The notes beneath the pieces were generated by a model. That model made no database searches. It was given only the letters and a program-made list of their open reading frames with translations, and had not been told where the DNA came from. The position numbers and the translations under genes were made by a program. 64,000 bases of DNA from Eledone cirrhosa (taxonomy: Eukaryota): assembly GCA_964016885.1 (NCBI GenBank), contig CAXHJY010001510.1, positions 1-64,000 on the forward strand, written 5' to 3'. Positions 18,352 to 32,349 of the stretch are shown here, in pieces (position 1 is the first letter of the stretch; every line of letters begins with the position of its first letter).

Positions 18352-18634
18352 TACATACATATATACATACATATACATATATATACATACATATACATAT
18401 ATGTATATACATACGTACATATATATATATACATATATATACATAATACTTATATATACATATATATGCACACACACACGCACACAAGTATATATACTTG
18501 CGTCCACCTGGCCCCCACCAGGTTTTGTACTGTGGTCAGATCTATTCATAAGTCACCTGTTGTCATCTGTCGTAATGTCCATTTTTCTTAGAATAAAAGA
18601 TGCTAAACGTTATTTAAACATTACGTCACATAAT

Positions 18635-19210
18635 TCTAGAAAATTATTTAGAACATCTAAGAAAATTATTTAGAATATCTAAGAAAATTATTTAGAATAT
18701 CTAAGAAAATTATTTAGAACATCTAAGAAAATTATTTAGAACATCTAAGAAAATTATTTAGAATATCTAAGAAAATTATTTAGAACATCTAAGAAAATTA
18801 TTTAGAACATCTAAGAAAATTATTTAGAACATCTAAGAAAATTATTTAGAACATCTAAGAAAATTATTTAGAACATCTAAGAAAATTATTTAGAACATCT
18901 AAGAAAATTATTTAGAATATCTAAGAAAATTATTTAGAATATCTAAGAAAATTATTTAGAATATCTAAAATAATTATTTAGAATATCTAAGAAAATTATT
19001 TAGAATATCTAAGAAAATTATTTAGAATATCTAAGAAAATTATTTAGAATATCTAAGAAAATTATTTAGAATTTCTAAGAAAATTATTTAGAAGATCTAA
19101 GAAAATTATTTAGAACATCTAAGAAAATTATTTAGAAGATCTAAGAAAATTATTTGGAACATCTAAGAAAATTATTTAGAATATCTAAGAAAATTATTTA
19201 GAATATCTAA
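18635..19210. repeat. 22-bp minisatellite, about 26 copies
   Basis: Unit CTAAGAAAATTATTTAGAAYAT. Confidence 0.95.
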
Positions 19211-19852
19211 ATTCATAAATTAATATGGAAAATAATAGAAAAATATATTCTTCGTAAATTAAAAAGCATTTAGAGAAATTCTTTCTAACTTTTTTTCTTT
19301 GGAGCAAATACGAAGAGTTTGTGGGGTCTTCCTAGTCTGGAATAACCTACATACAATGGACCGTGTGTTAATGGAACGAAATCTTGTTGGCTATGTAACT
19401 CAGAAAAGCAGAAATACTCTCACAACTGGCTCCAGAGAAACACTGCTTAAATACACGCCTTGACTGTTTCAGTTGCTGTCCGAACGAAGCGGAATTCATT
19501 CTAAGAAAATGGTAAAGACCAGACTAATTAATTTGAATATCAAGGAATATATTTTTTTTTAATTACTGCCTCATATGAACTTCAAGGAATTAGATTTCTT
19601 TGAATTAATAACTTAGCATAAATTCTCTACATTTGGTATTAGTTTTAGGATAGTTACCTTCCTTTAATGTATTTAATAATTTTGTTTATTTATAGCTCAT
19701 ATATATACATGTATGTATATATACATATATATATATAAATACATACATAGATATAATATATATACATACATATATATATATACACATACATATATATATA
19801 CATACATAAATACATATATATACATACATATATACATATATTTATATATACA

Positions 19853-19883
<31 letters not shown>

Positions 19884-20460
19884 AATACATAGGTACATAT
19901 ATATATACACATACATATTTATGCATACATATACGTACATACATATACATACATATATATATATGTATACGTACATATATATATGTACATACACATACAT
20001 ACATATACATACACATATATATATATACATGCACACGCACACCCACACACACATACATATATAAATACATACATTATCTCTCCTCTCTCTTTCTCTCTCT
20101 CTCTATATATAGTTATGTAATAAACAACATAAGGCAATTATTCCATTTACCAGTGGTTTCTTAAAAGCAAAAAAATTTGCTTTCAATCATCAGAATGAAA
20201 AAATCTATTTAAGTTAAATAAGATCTACATACAACTGTATCTGCACCTCGGCGGCAAGCTTGCTGGCGTGCAAATTCGTGCATCAACGTGGTATTGCAGT
20301 TGTAATGCCTGTTTGTCCAATAGATGTGAAAACCGGTCTGTTTGTTAGATGTGTGTGGGAGAAGATAACCAAATGCAGAATGGGCAGGAATATTTACAGG
20401 TGTCTTTTGATAAAAAACCGAGATGAATGCAGTTAAAAATATAGATATAAATATAGACTC

Positions 20461-20500
20461 TCAGAGTTCTTTCGTCACACACCCGTGACATCATCAGTGA
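20461..20500 (-). ncRNA. Minimal type I hammerhead, with a diverged inverted partner at 20527-20566 (+)
   Basis: UCA CUGAUGA U GUCAC GGGUGU GUGAC GAAAG AA CUC UGA. The partner reads CUGAAGA U GCCAC..GUGAC GAAAG GA CUC and has a weak stem I. Confidence 0.65.
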
Positions 20501-20987
20501 TACTATTGTTAGGAAACATAATAGTATCACTGAAGATGCCACAGGTGTGTGACGAAAGGACTCTAAGAGATGAATATATGAAAATATTGCGACTAGATGT
20601 AAATAAAGAGAGGTACCATGTAAAATGTGCAACATGCCACACACACACATACATATATATATATATACACAGACAGAATGAGAGAAACAGGGATGAGCGT
20701 GTATATATATATACATATATATATATATACACACACATATATATATATACATATATATATACACACACACACACACACATATATATACATATATACAAAC
20801 ACACACCCACATATATATACATACATATACAGACACACAAATATATATTCATATATATAGACACAGATATATATATACATATATAAATATATACACACAC
20901 ATATTTATATACACACGCACACATATATGCATATATGCATATACACATCAACATATATATATATACATATATACGCAGACACACACC

Positions 20988-21032
<45 letters not shown>

Positions 21033-21255
21033 GTATAAACATATATACACACACACACATACATATACATACACACACATACATATACATACACACACAT
21101 ACACACTCACACGCACACACACACACACACATATACATATATGTATAAACATACACACACACACACACATACATATACATACACACACATACACACTCAT
21201 ACGCACACACACACACACACATACACACTCACACGCACACACACACACTCACACG

Positions 21256-21320
<65 letters not shown>

Positions 21321-21863
21321 ATATATACACACATATATATATATATATATATCGAAAAAAAAATAACAGAACACAAAATGGACGACAAGAAAGGAAATAA
21401 AATAAAATAAAATAAAATAAAATAAAATAAAATAAAATAAAATAAAATAAAATAAAATAAAATAAAATAAAATAAGATAAAATAAAATAAAATAAAATGA
21501 AATAAAATAAAATAAAATAAAATAAAATAAAAATAAAATTTTAAAAAAAATTAAGAGAGAGGGCGGGGGAGGGGGCGTTAAAATCCAACAATGAAATTTG
21601 AAGGAGATACTTGAGGAAGGAAACAAAAATGAGTGAAAGAGAAAGATAATGAGTGAGTGAAAGAATAAATTTGAATGAAACATGGTGATAGATATCATTA
21701 AGGAGAATGTGGTAGTTAGTAATGGTAATTACGTTAATGAGGATTGTGATAAACAAGAACGCAGACGACCGATATTACAATATGGACGACTCGACACACG
21801 GCTACTAAGGAGACATTTACTTGGTTGGTTACTGTAGGTGGATATATATACATACATATATAT

Positions 21864-21903
<40 letters not shown>

Positions 21904-21957
21904 CGTTTCTGAATTTGTTTAGCAAGATTCTTTATCTGAAAACGTGTGTTGAAACCG

Positions 21958-22395
21958 ATATTGTTATACTTTGGGAGGGTCATGTTGCCAATAAGAAACA
22001 CACGCACCAGTTGCTTTCACTTCAATTTATTATAATAAATTTAAAAATTTAGGAATTTATAAATTTTCGGTTGGTTGGTTGGTTGGTTCCACAACCAGAT
22101 GGTTGTTTATATATTGTCAAAGTTCTTTCGTCACATATTCTGTGACCTCTTCAGTGGCTGGGGATTATTTTTTTGTTTTTTGTGCCTCTCCTTTGTTCTG
22201 TCCCCAGTCACTGAAGAGGTCACAGAATGTGTGACGAAAGAACTTTGACGATATATAAACAACCATCTGGTTGTGGAACCAACCAACCAACCGGAAATTT
22301 ATAAATTCCTAAATTTATAAATTTATTGTAATAAATTGAAGTGAAATCAACTGGTGCGTGTGTTTCTTATTGGCAACATGACCCTCCCAAAGTAT

Positions 22396-22403
<8 letters not shown>
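21958..22403. repeat. Fold-back inverted repeat, arms about 205 bp, 36-bp spacer
   Basis: 21958-22164 is the reverse complement of 22201-22403 with few mismatches. It lies between (TA)n tracts. Confidence 0.93.
22207..22249 (+). ncRNA. Minimal type I hammerhead, with an inverted partner at 22116-22158 (-)
   Basis: GUCA CUGAAGA G GUCAC AGAAUGU GUGAC GAAAG AA CUU UGAC. Confidence 0.75.
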
Positions 22404-22476
<73 letters not shown>

Positions 22477-22477
22477 G

Positions 22478-23045
<568 letters not shown>

Positions 23046-23074
23046 TTGGTGCTCTGAAATAGCCATATATATAT

Positions 23075-23306
23075 GAATGTATATATAGTGCATTTTGCAA
23101 TACACTTTATGCTTAATTAAAAGCATTTCGAAGACCTTATGCTATTGTTTTAGAGTAGTGACAGACTGACTTACTTTAATTTCAGCAAACTGTTTGCTGA
23201 AATTAAAGTAAGTGAGTCTGTCATTACTCTAAAACAATAGCATAAGGTCTTCGAAATGCTTTTAATTAAACATAAAGTGTATTGCAAAATGCACTATATA
23301 TACATT

Positions 23307-23308
<2 letters not shown>
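23075..23308. repeat. Near-perfect palindrome, arms about 116 bp, 1-nt loop at 23191
   Basis: ...ACTTTAATTTCAGCAAAC T GTTTGCTGAAATTAAAGT...; flanked by (TA)n. Confidence 0.93.
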
Positions 23309-23359
<51 letters not shown>

Positions 23360-23571
23360 TATTTATGTATCGAGAGAGAGAAAAAAAGAGGATAGGTGAT
23401 ACATATAGTTATTTGCCAAGTAGCGTATGCCAAAGTTGCTCGATACTAGTGCCGGCAGTATTAAATATTCGATGTGTTAATATTTAGTGGGCTAGAGAGT
23501 TAGCAGAGCGTAAGCACGTGGGAAAGTAAGAAATCGGAGAATAGACCGTTAAAACATGTTTATTTAAAACA

Positions 23572-23611
23572 GCACCTACGTACGTTTCGCCCAGTTGGGC
23601 TTCTCAAGGGC
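23572..23611 (-). ncRNA. Type I minimal hammerhead ribozyme, U3-A8 core variant, in the PLE 3' region
   Basis: Minus strand reads GCCC UUGAGAA GCCCA AC UGGGC GAAAC GUAC GUA GGUGC. Stem III is palindromic (ACGUACGU), the cleavage triplet is GUA, and AAUAAA follows shortly after. Confidence 0.75.
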
Positions 23612-23979
23612 ATAAATAATCAAAAGTGTTCCCTACATTGCTCGGAAAGAGTTTTTGGGGTTAAATCCACGTCAAGGTTCATTGCTCGCAAAAATAGCTT
23701 GTTTTGGTTTTGCAGCAGGTCAAGAGAGGTAACTCTGGCCGGTGTTAGGGCAGTCTTTCCCGGACACATTTTTTTATCCGCTACGAGATGAGGTTACAAC
23801 CTTACCATTGTCGATACGCATGTAATCAACGCTTATTTTGAGAGTTTTTTTGCCGCATCTGTTTGTCTGAGTCGTTTGAGGCTGGGTCTGGTATGCAAGG
23901 ATAGTTTCCTGGGTGTTATTTTGCAGCGCCTGCCCGCCGGGGTGTTAAGACTTGTTGCAGGGAGATCCGGTGCACGGTT

Positions 23980-25428
23980 TCACTCCTCATCCTTAACCCA
24001 TCTGAAGAAGGATATTTTTAAGCGATGTGTACAACTTATCGCTGTTTCAGCTCTGCTATTGATGAGCTCGTGTGGTGCAGTTATGATGTGGTAGAGCTCC
24101 ATGAGGCAAAGATCGCATTTCCTCTTGAAGTTGTACGGTGCAGCCCTGCCGACAATATCCCAGTGCGTGGAGAAGCTGATGTTTAAGTCCTTTAGTGATG
24201 TGATGTAGTCCGCGTGCGAAGTGGAGTGTCTTAGTTTTTTATTTGTGAAAGAGTGGAGATGTGTTCGAAACCTAATTTTGAACGGGCCAGAGGTAGCCCC
24301 TATATAATGTTTAACGCTATTGTGGATAGTTATAGTGCTTCTATATATAACCCTATCAGTCAAGCAGTATCCTCTAAGAAGGCAGCGTCCTCTGTCGCGG
24401 CAGTTGCAATTTCCGTCGCGGTTCCGTCTATTTCCCACGGTAAGGCTATCGTTGTTGCTGCCTACGTTGTTACCTACGCTACCGCAGCTGTCGTTAGCAC
24501 CATTACAACCCACAGCACGCGGGGTGGTGCGATTGTTATTCCGCACGTCATGTCCTGCATGTTCCCCAGTCATTTCGCGGTTATGCTGGTTGCGTCCGCG
24601 GATGCCGTTCCCAACACTATTGGATGCTGCCAGGGAGTTGTTAAGGTCGATATAGTTATTGTCAGGTGTAGGTGCGTCTGTGTCGAGTTGCTGTGTCTTG
24701 GTGATCTTACTGTGGTTCGTTGTTCCTATGATGTCTTCTAGGTTAGGAGTAGTAGACAAGGATATTTTTATATTGTTCCTATTTAGAATTTTTCTATACC
24801 TATAGTTGGGCGGGAAGTTCTTCTCTAAGGCTTCGAAGAACATCCCGGTATGTTGGAGGCCACACTCCGAGAGTAGGAGGGGGTGGAACCATAGGACGTT
24901 ACGGTGGCGATTACATGTCCTTGTACGTTTGCTACGGGTGGTTCCATCTAGGTTACCGTTCTTATGTGTGTTAATGCGCAGTCGCCCGTTCGGTGCCCCT
25001 TTCACTTTATGCTCGGGTGCACTCTTCCTACCTCTTCCATGTTTATGTACAAGAAGATGTCGTTTGGAAGGCGTTGGTAGTAGGCCGTCGCCTTTGTTGG
25101 TTTTGTAATAGGGGAATAGTTCGAGTAATCTACAGTGGTCACCGTCGCCGGGGTCGTGATATTTAGTGCGGTTATCTATTCCATTATATCCGACTTCAAC
25201 GAGGTCGCCGCGTGATCGGTTATAGGTATGGCTTACTATAACGTTCGTTTTATGAGGGGGGGGGGGGGTTCTAGAGCTAGCGTTAAGGATGTAGGAAATT
25301 CCTCGGTTAAAGCCGGCGCTTATCAAGGCCCTATTGTAGTAATCTGCCGCTTGGTTAAAGATATCCTCATTGGCGGATAGCCTCGAGATTCTATGTGAGA
25401 TACTATAGACTATGGAGTTGAGAGTCTG

Positions 25429-25430
<2 letters not shown>
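23980..25430 (-). pseudogene. PLE polyprotein C-terminal part: RT thumb, linker, Cys motif, GIY-YIG endonuclease
   Basis: The frame is open from the TA junction: QTLNSIVYSISHRISRLSANEDIFNQAADYYNRALISAGF ... RNVLWFHP ... KILNRNNIKISLSTTPNLEDII ... CNCRDRGRCLLRGYCLTDRVIYRSTI..KHYIGATSGPFKIRFRTHLHSF ... KCDLCLMELYHII..INSRAE..CTHR. VIY-YIG and the conserved R, E and N residues match PLE GIY-YIG domains. The RT catalytic core is missing. Confidence 0.9.
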
Positions 25431-25513
<83 letters not shown>

Positions 25514-25744
25514 GCAAGTCTGAAGAACTATTAGATAAAATATATACAGTACTTCCTCTCCTAATCAGTATACATATATGCATATATGCAGAGTTTATAT
25601 TTAATTTGTTGGGATTCAACAAGCTTAAACATTTTTATAATTGATATAAAGCACTCAACAGATAATGGATCTATCCAGGAAGCTCCAACCGTTAAGGTTG
25701 TCTTTTTTTCCGGTATGTCAATATTTATTCATAAAACGAATCTG

Positions 25745-25810
25745 TATTTTATCTGATGAAAGCGCACCATAATTTGTCTTGGTTGCCCTTGAAATATGTA
25801 TAATAAAATA
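25745..25810 (+). ncRNA. Type I hammerhead ribozyme (family B)
   Basis: Nearly identical to 22756-22821 with an intact core. Confidence 0.72.
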
Positions 25811-26252
25811 AATATGGGTTTATAAATATAGTTTCCATTTATTAATATATTGTATATATATATATATATATATATAAATACATACATATATATATACATA
25901 CATATATATATATATACATATAATATATATACATATAATATATATACATATAATATATACATATATATATATACATATATACATATACATATATATATAT
26001 ATATACACATATATATATATACATATATATATATATACATATATATATATACATGTATATACATATATATATACATATACATATATATATATACATATAT
26101 ACATATATATTTACATATATACATATATATTTACATATATACATATATATTTACATATATATATAAATATATATATATAAATATATATATATAAATATAT
26201 ATATATAAATATATATATATATAAATATATATATACATATATATTTATAAAT

Positions 26253-26307
<55 letters not shown>

Positions 26308-27059
26308 TATAAATATATATATATATAAATATATATATACATATATATATATAAATTAATATATATATATACATATATATAGATATATATATATACATAT
26401 ATATATATAAATATATATATACACACATATATATATATATATACATATATATATATGAATATATATATACATATATATATGTAAATATATATATATACAC
26501 ATACATATATATATAAATATATTATTCAAAATGTTAATTGTAAAATTGTATTCGTTGAGTAATCAACGAACCATACTAATCTTTGGTTATATATAAATAT
26601 ATATATACATGTAATACAGTATATATAAATATATATATACATACATATATCTATATAAATATATATATATATACATATACATATAAATATATATATACAT
26701 ATACATATAAATATATATATACATACATATATATATATATACATATATATTCATCCTCCTCCTCCTCCCCTCCACCACTTCCCCACCCTTTCCTCCACCA
26801 CCCACACCTATACCTAAGGTGTGTGTGGGGATGGGTGGGTGGGGGGTGACGACCACACCGACCAACCAACCAAACAACAGCAACTTCCCCAACAACCTCA
26901 CATTACCCAACGCTCTACCAACCAATTCTACCAACCTTACGTCATTCCATATATTACTATCTAATTAAAGGTGTGTTACATGAAGGTAAATCCCAACATT
27001 ATCGCTCATTAAATCACCTGATAATCACCTGATAATGAAGCCGACGGAAACGATAATGT

Positions 27060-27480
27060 GCATTTTATTTATTTATTTTATTTATTTACTCATTTCATTT
27101 ATTTATTTTATTTATTTTATTTATTTTATTTATTTATTTTATTTATTTACTCATTTCATTTATTTATTTTATTTATTTTATTTATTTTATTTATTTATTT
27201 TATTTATTTTATTTATTTATTCATTTCATTTATTTATTTTATTTATTTTATTTATTTATTTATTCATTTCATTTATTTATTTATTTATTTTATTTATTTA
27301 TTCATTTCATTTATTTATTTTATTTATTTATTCATTTCATTTATTTATTTTATTTATTTTATTTATTTATTTTATTTATTCATTTCATTTATTTATTTTA
27401 TTTATTTTATTTATTTATTTATTTATTTATTCATTTCATTTATTTATTTTATTTATTTTATTTATTTATTCTTTCTTTTC
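27060..27480. repeat. (ATTT/ATTTT)n microsatellite; (AAAAT)n also at 21395-21538
   Basis: Direct inspection. Confidence 0.9.
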
Positions 27481-28681
27481 ATTCATTGGTTTCCACTCTT
27501 TCCGTTCCGCCTTTGCCCCCCTTCCCCCTCCCCTTCCTCTCCCACCTTCTCCTCCTTCCTTTCATCATTTGCATCGTCATCATTACCATCATCATCATCA
27601 TCATCATCATCGTCGTCGTCATCATAATCAAGATCATCGTCGCCATCATCATCATCATCACCATCGCCATCGTCACCATCATCACCACCGCCATCAGCAT
27701 CATCACGACCATCATCACCACCATCACCACCATCATAATCAATCGTCCCCATAATGCTCATCTTTTTCTTCATCTCCCCCTGACCCCTCCCGCTACCGCC
27801 ACCTGGTGGTGTCCAGCAGAAGCAAGCGGGACAATCGTCGATGCATTTCCAACTGAACTGGTACTCATCAGGACGATCGCTCCATTCTTGCAACTGCTGG
27901 ACTTTGAAAATAGGCGAGAATATATAGTTTTCTCGTCTGTGTAAATGAGGTGATTAATCACATTTGTATATGAAGCTGTATAACTTGGCTCAACATAAAA
28001 TAGAATAGAAGTAGAATTTAGCTTCGAACATAGCTGCATACAGATATGTACTGGAATTTTGAAATTCTAAAGAAATACGGTATGTTTTATAAATAAACAT
28101 TTAGAAAGCTGTAGCTATGCAAAAAACACAGGCAGCTATCGTCACCCGATGGTGTCCAGTAGAAGCAAGAGGGACAATCGTCGATGCATTTTGAACTGAA
28201 CTGAACTGGTTCTCATTAGGACGATCGCTCCTGCTCTTGCAAATGATGGACTTGAAAACAGGTACAAAAAATGTGTACACACACATACGCATATCTAAAT
28301 AAACAACACAATGCACTCTATCCGTATACGTGAGAAGAAAATGAAAAGAGAATGGAAAACATGCAAAATTGTCGACATAATAACTTCCTTTATCAAGGCG
28401 TGTGGCCTGAAGTGGTTAGATAATTGGATTCACAATCTTGAGGTTGTGAGTTTCGATTCCTGGACCGGGCGATGCCTTATGTCCTTGAGCAAGACACTCT
28501 ATTTCACGTTGCTTCTTCTACCTGGAGTTGCGACCGATAGATAGTATTAGCAACTGGAAAGACCAACGGAAACATTGTTTCCTCGGTCCGATTTGACAAA
28601 GTCGATCGATATATATATATATTATCAGCGGAGCCAAACGACGTACCTTCTGTGTTTTGCTAAAAAGCTTCACATTTTGTA

Positions 28682-28852
28682 ATTGGCAGTATCGGTAGAG
28701 GGTCGGACATGCTTTCCAGCATAGTTACGTCCTTTTACGTTCAAATCCCGCCGAGGTTAACTTTGCCTTTCATCCATACGGAGGTCGATAAAATAAAGTA
28801 CCAGTAATGTACTGGGTAATTGCTGGCCTGGTTCCAAAAGTAGAAACAATTA
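28682..28852 (+). mobile_element. tRNA-derived SINE (same family)
   Basis: Same head, central domain and tail. Confidence 0.82.
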
Positions 28853-28945
28853 TCTACTAAACAGGAGGCTGAAAGTCATTGCCACTAATGAGCTGGATGA
28901 TCACCTTTAGATTAAAGCCGACATATACTCTTGTTATTAAAAGTA

Positions 28946-29487
28946 CTAGCAGAAAAACCACTATTCGGGTGGTTTTCTGCTAGCATGTGTAGTGTGTATA
29001 TTCATATTATACACAGGTATATATACAATGTAGATATGATACATCAAATAAAATCGTAATTGAACGAAGACGTTGTTACACTGTCTTATGTAATCAGTAA
29101 AGTAATCCATGATAGATTAAAAAAAGACGATATTATATATAAACTGCATTAGGAGAAAATTAGTGACAGAAAATTAGTATGTTTATTTAAGTAATCGCCA
29201 CCGGAAGTGTTGACATCACACACTCTCTCTTTCTATATATATGGTAGTTGAAGTGGTGGTGGCGGTGGCAACGATATACCGGAAGTGCAACTTTGAAAAG
29301 AAGTCAATTTTAAATTATTTATTTTTACGAAATTATTTTTGTTTACGAAATTTAGTCGATAAATTATGTAATATTCATTCATTATTTATTCAAAGTAATT
29401 CAACTTATTTTACTAACGGGATAAAAAAAAACAAAAAAACATAAACCGTACGCAAGTCCCGCAGACCTTCCTTTATTATAGTTTAGA
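28946..29487 (-). mobile_element. Non-autonomous Helitron (about 542 bp)
   Basis: The minus strand begins A|TCTAAACTATAATAAAG. It ends with the hairpin GCAGAAAACCAC-CCGAATA-GTGGTTTTTCTG and CTAG|T. These are canonical TC...CTRR ends in an AT target with no TSD. Confidence 0.7.
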
Positions 29488-29613
29488 TTTATTGAATAAT
29501 TCATGCACATTATATAGAACGCACCTACACATTCTACTTTTCACCCACTCCTCTCTTTTGATATATAAACACACACACGTATACATACATATACATATAT
29601 ATATAATATATAT

Positions 29614-29693
<80 letters not shown>

Positions 29694-29797
29694 CATGACC
29701 GCGGTGCCGAGCGGTTTCAGCTTATGTGTTGTTCTGAATTGCAAGCCATTTGATTAAAGGTTTCCCCGGTCTAAACAGCGCAGACTTTCTCTCTCTC

Positions 29798-29860
<63 letters not shown>

Positions 29861-29879
29861 TATGTATATATAATATATG

Positions 29880-29932
<53 letters not shown>

Positions 29933-29971
29933 ATATATGTATATATATAATATTATATATATATGTATATA

Positions 29972-30017
<46 letters not shown>

Positions 30018-30036
30018 ATATGTATATATATATATA

Positions 30037-30108
<72 letters not shown>

Positions 30109-30159
30109 ATATTATATATATATATATATTATTATATATAATATATATATATATATATA

Positions 30160-30530
30160 CAATATTAAATAAATGGAAACTATATTTATAAAACCATATT
30201 TATTTCATTATATATATTTCGGGGATATCATATTAACAATATGCTATGCCTTCCTCAGACAAAATACAATATAAACAGTTTTATAGATAAATAGATTCGA
30301 CATACCGTTATAACACCGACTTCCATTTGAAGAGGTTTAGACTGCCAGCCTAAACCTCTTCAAATGGAAGTCGGTGTTATAACGGTATGTCGAATCTATT
30401 TATCTATAAAACTGTTTATATTGTATTTTGTCTGAGGAAGGCATAGCATATTGTTAATATGATATCCCCGAAATATATATAATGAAATAAATATGGTTTT
30501 ATAAATATAGTTTCCATTTATTTAATATTG
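30160..30530. repeat. Near-perfect palindrome, arms about 185 bp, centred near 30345
   Basis: ...CATTTGAAGAGGTTTAGACTG C CAGCCTAAACCTCTTCAAATG...; the right side continues into the family B tail to about 30620. Confidence 0.93.
30424..30489 (+). ncRNA. Type I hammerhead, with an identical inverted copy at 30201-30266 (-)
   Basis: UAUUUUGU CUGAGGA AGG...CCCC GAA AUAUAUAU A AUGAAAUA. Stem I keeps pairing through G-U substitutions relative to family B. Confidence 0.68.
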
Positions 30531-30617
30531 TAAATATACTCCAAATATTTGTCGAGTGCTTTTATATCAGTTATAAATATTTACTAGTTGTAACCCAACA
30601 ATTTAAAATATAACTTT

Positions 30618-30685
<68 letters not shown>

Positions 30686-30689
30686 TATG

Positions 30690-30768
<79 letters not shown>

Positions 30769-31014
30769 GTAAGTATGTATGTATGTATGTATGTATACGT
30801 ACATACATATATGTATACAGACGTACAGTAGTATGTATATATATAAATACACACATATATATATGCACGTATCGTGTGCATGTATGTATATATATACATA
30901 CTACTGTACGTCTGTATACATATATGTATGTACGTATACATACATACATACTTACATTTAAGTAAGTGCCGTACTAAGAGTGAGAAATGAAATTTCGTTT
31001 CATTCTATTCCATT

Positions 31015-31064
<50 letters not shown>

Positions 31065-31090
31065 TTGTATATATATGTATGTATCTCTTC

Positions 31091-31164
<74 letters not shown>

Positions 31165-31181
31165 TTTATATATAGATACAC

Positions 31182-31213
<32 letters not shown>

Positions 31214-31649
31214 GACACACAGACAGACACAGGCGCACACGCATAGAGACCACAATTACGCACACACAGTCACACACACACATACACACACAGACACACA
31301 CAGACAGACAGACACACACACACACACACACACTCAGACACACACACTCATAACAGGATCCTGTTCAGTTAAGGACCAATTTACGAAGAAGGATTAAGAT
31401 TTCTCCACTTTTACCATCAGGGCTCTCTTTCGCCCCCCCCCCCCCCAAGCACTGATGGAAAAGGACCCTATTGTTGTTGCTGTTGTTGTTGTTGTTGTTA
31501 TATTTACTGACCTCATACGTCAATCTGTAGGGTGTGGTAGAACAGACACATCGTCAGACGATGACTGCTTTCTTTTTTTACAATTTCCTTTTTCGTTCCA
31601 ACATGGCGGATACGTAAATGCGTTCGAGAGTTTTATATCGAATAGTAAC

Positions 31650-32246
31650 AAAGGGCCATAACTCTGTTATGCAAAGCATGGTGTCTGGCACTAACATGAT
31701 CAGGTAATACATTGTTTAAGAGTTGTTTCTACTTTTTGGCACAAGACCAGCAATTACCCCCAGTGCATTACTGGTACTTTAATTTTATCGACCCCCGTAA
31801 GGATGAAAGGCAAAGTTAACCTCGACGGGATTTGAACTCAGACCGTAAACGGCCATAACTCTATGTGGCAAAGCTTGGTGTCTGATCCTAATAATAATTG
31901 TTTCTTTACTTTTTTGGCACAAGGCCAGCAATTACATCAGTGCATTACAGATACCTTATTTTATTGACCCCGTAAGGATAAAAAGCAAAGTTAACCTCGG
32001 CGGGAACTTAGAACGTAAAGGGACATAACTCTATTCTGCAATATCTTTATAGGTGGATTTGCAGTATCGTAGAGCGTTAGAGTTACGGCCCTTTATGTTC
32101 TGAATTCAAATTCCGTCGAGGTTAACTTTGCCTTTCATCCTTACGGCATCGATAAAATAAAGTACCAGTAATGTACTGGGTCGATAATATCGAATTTCCC
32201 CCCTCTCTCCCAAATTGTTGACTTTGTGCCTAAATCAGAAACCATT
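31650..32246. mobile_element. Cluster of three or more SINE copies (two minus, one plus)
   Basis: Central domain at about 31770-31820 (-), 31950-32000 (-) and 32120-32170 (+). Confidence 0.78.
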
Positions 32247-32349
32247 CATTAGTCCAAGCAATATACAAACAAAGACCTTTATCACTCGACCTTTAAACAG
32301 TGTATCTAACGACAACGTTATCTAATATGTCCTACATTTAAAAAAACCC

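Larger units (their letters stand above)
23357..25430 (-). mobile_element. 5'-truncated Penelope-like retroelement (C-terminal GIY-YIG type) inserted in (TA)n
   Basis: GC-richer 2 kb island flanked by (TA)n on both sides. It has an ORF with PLE motifs, then a 3' region with a hammerhead and AATAAA. Confidence 0.9.

Noticed and set aside
24253-25108. Plus-strand ORFs overlapping the PLE
   Set aside because: Antisense shadows of the real minus-strand ORF.
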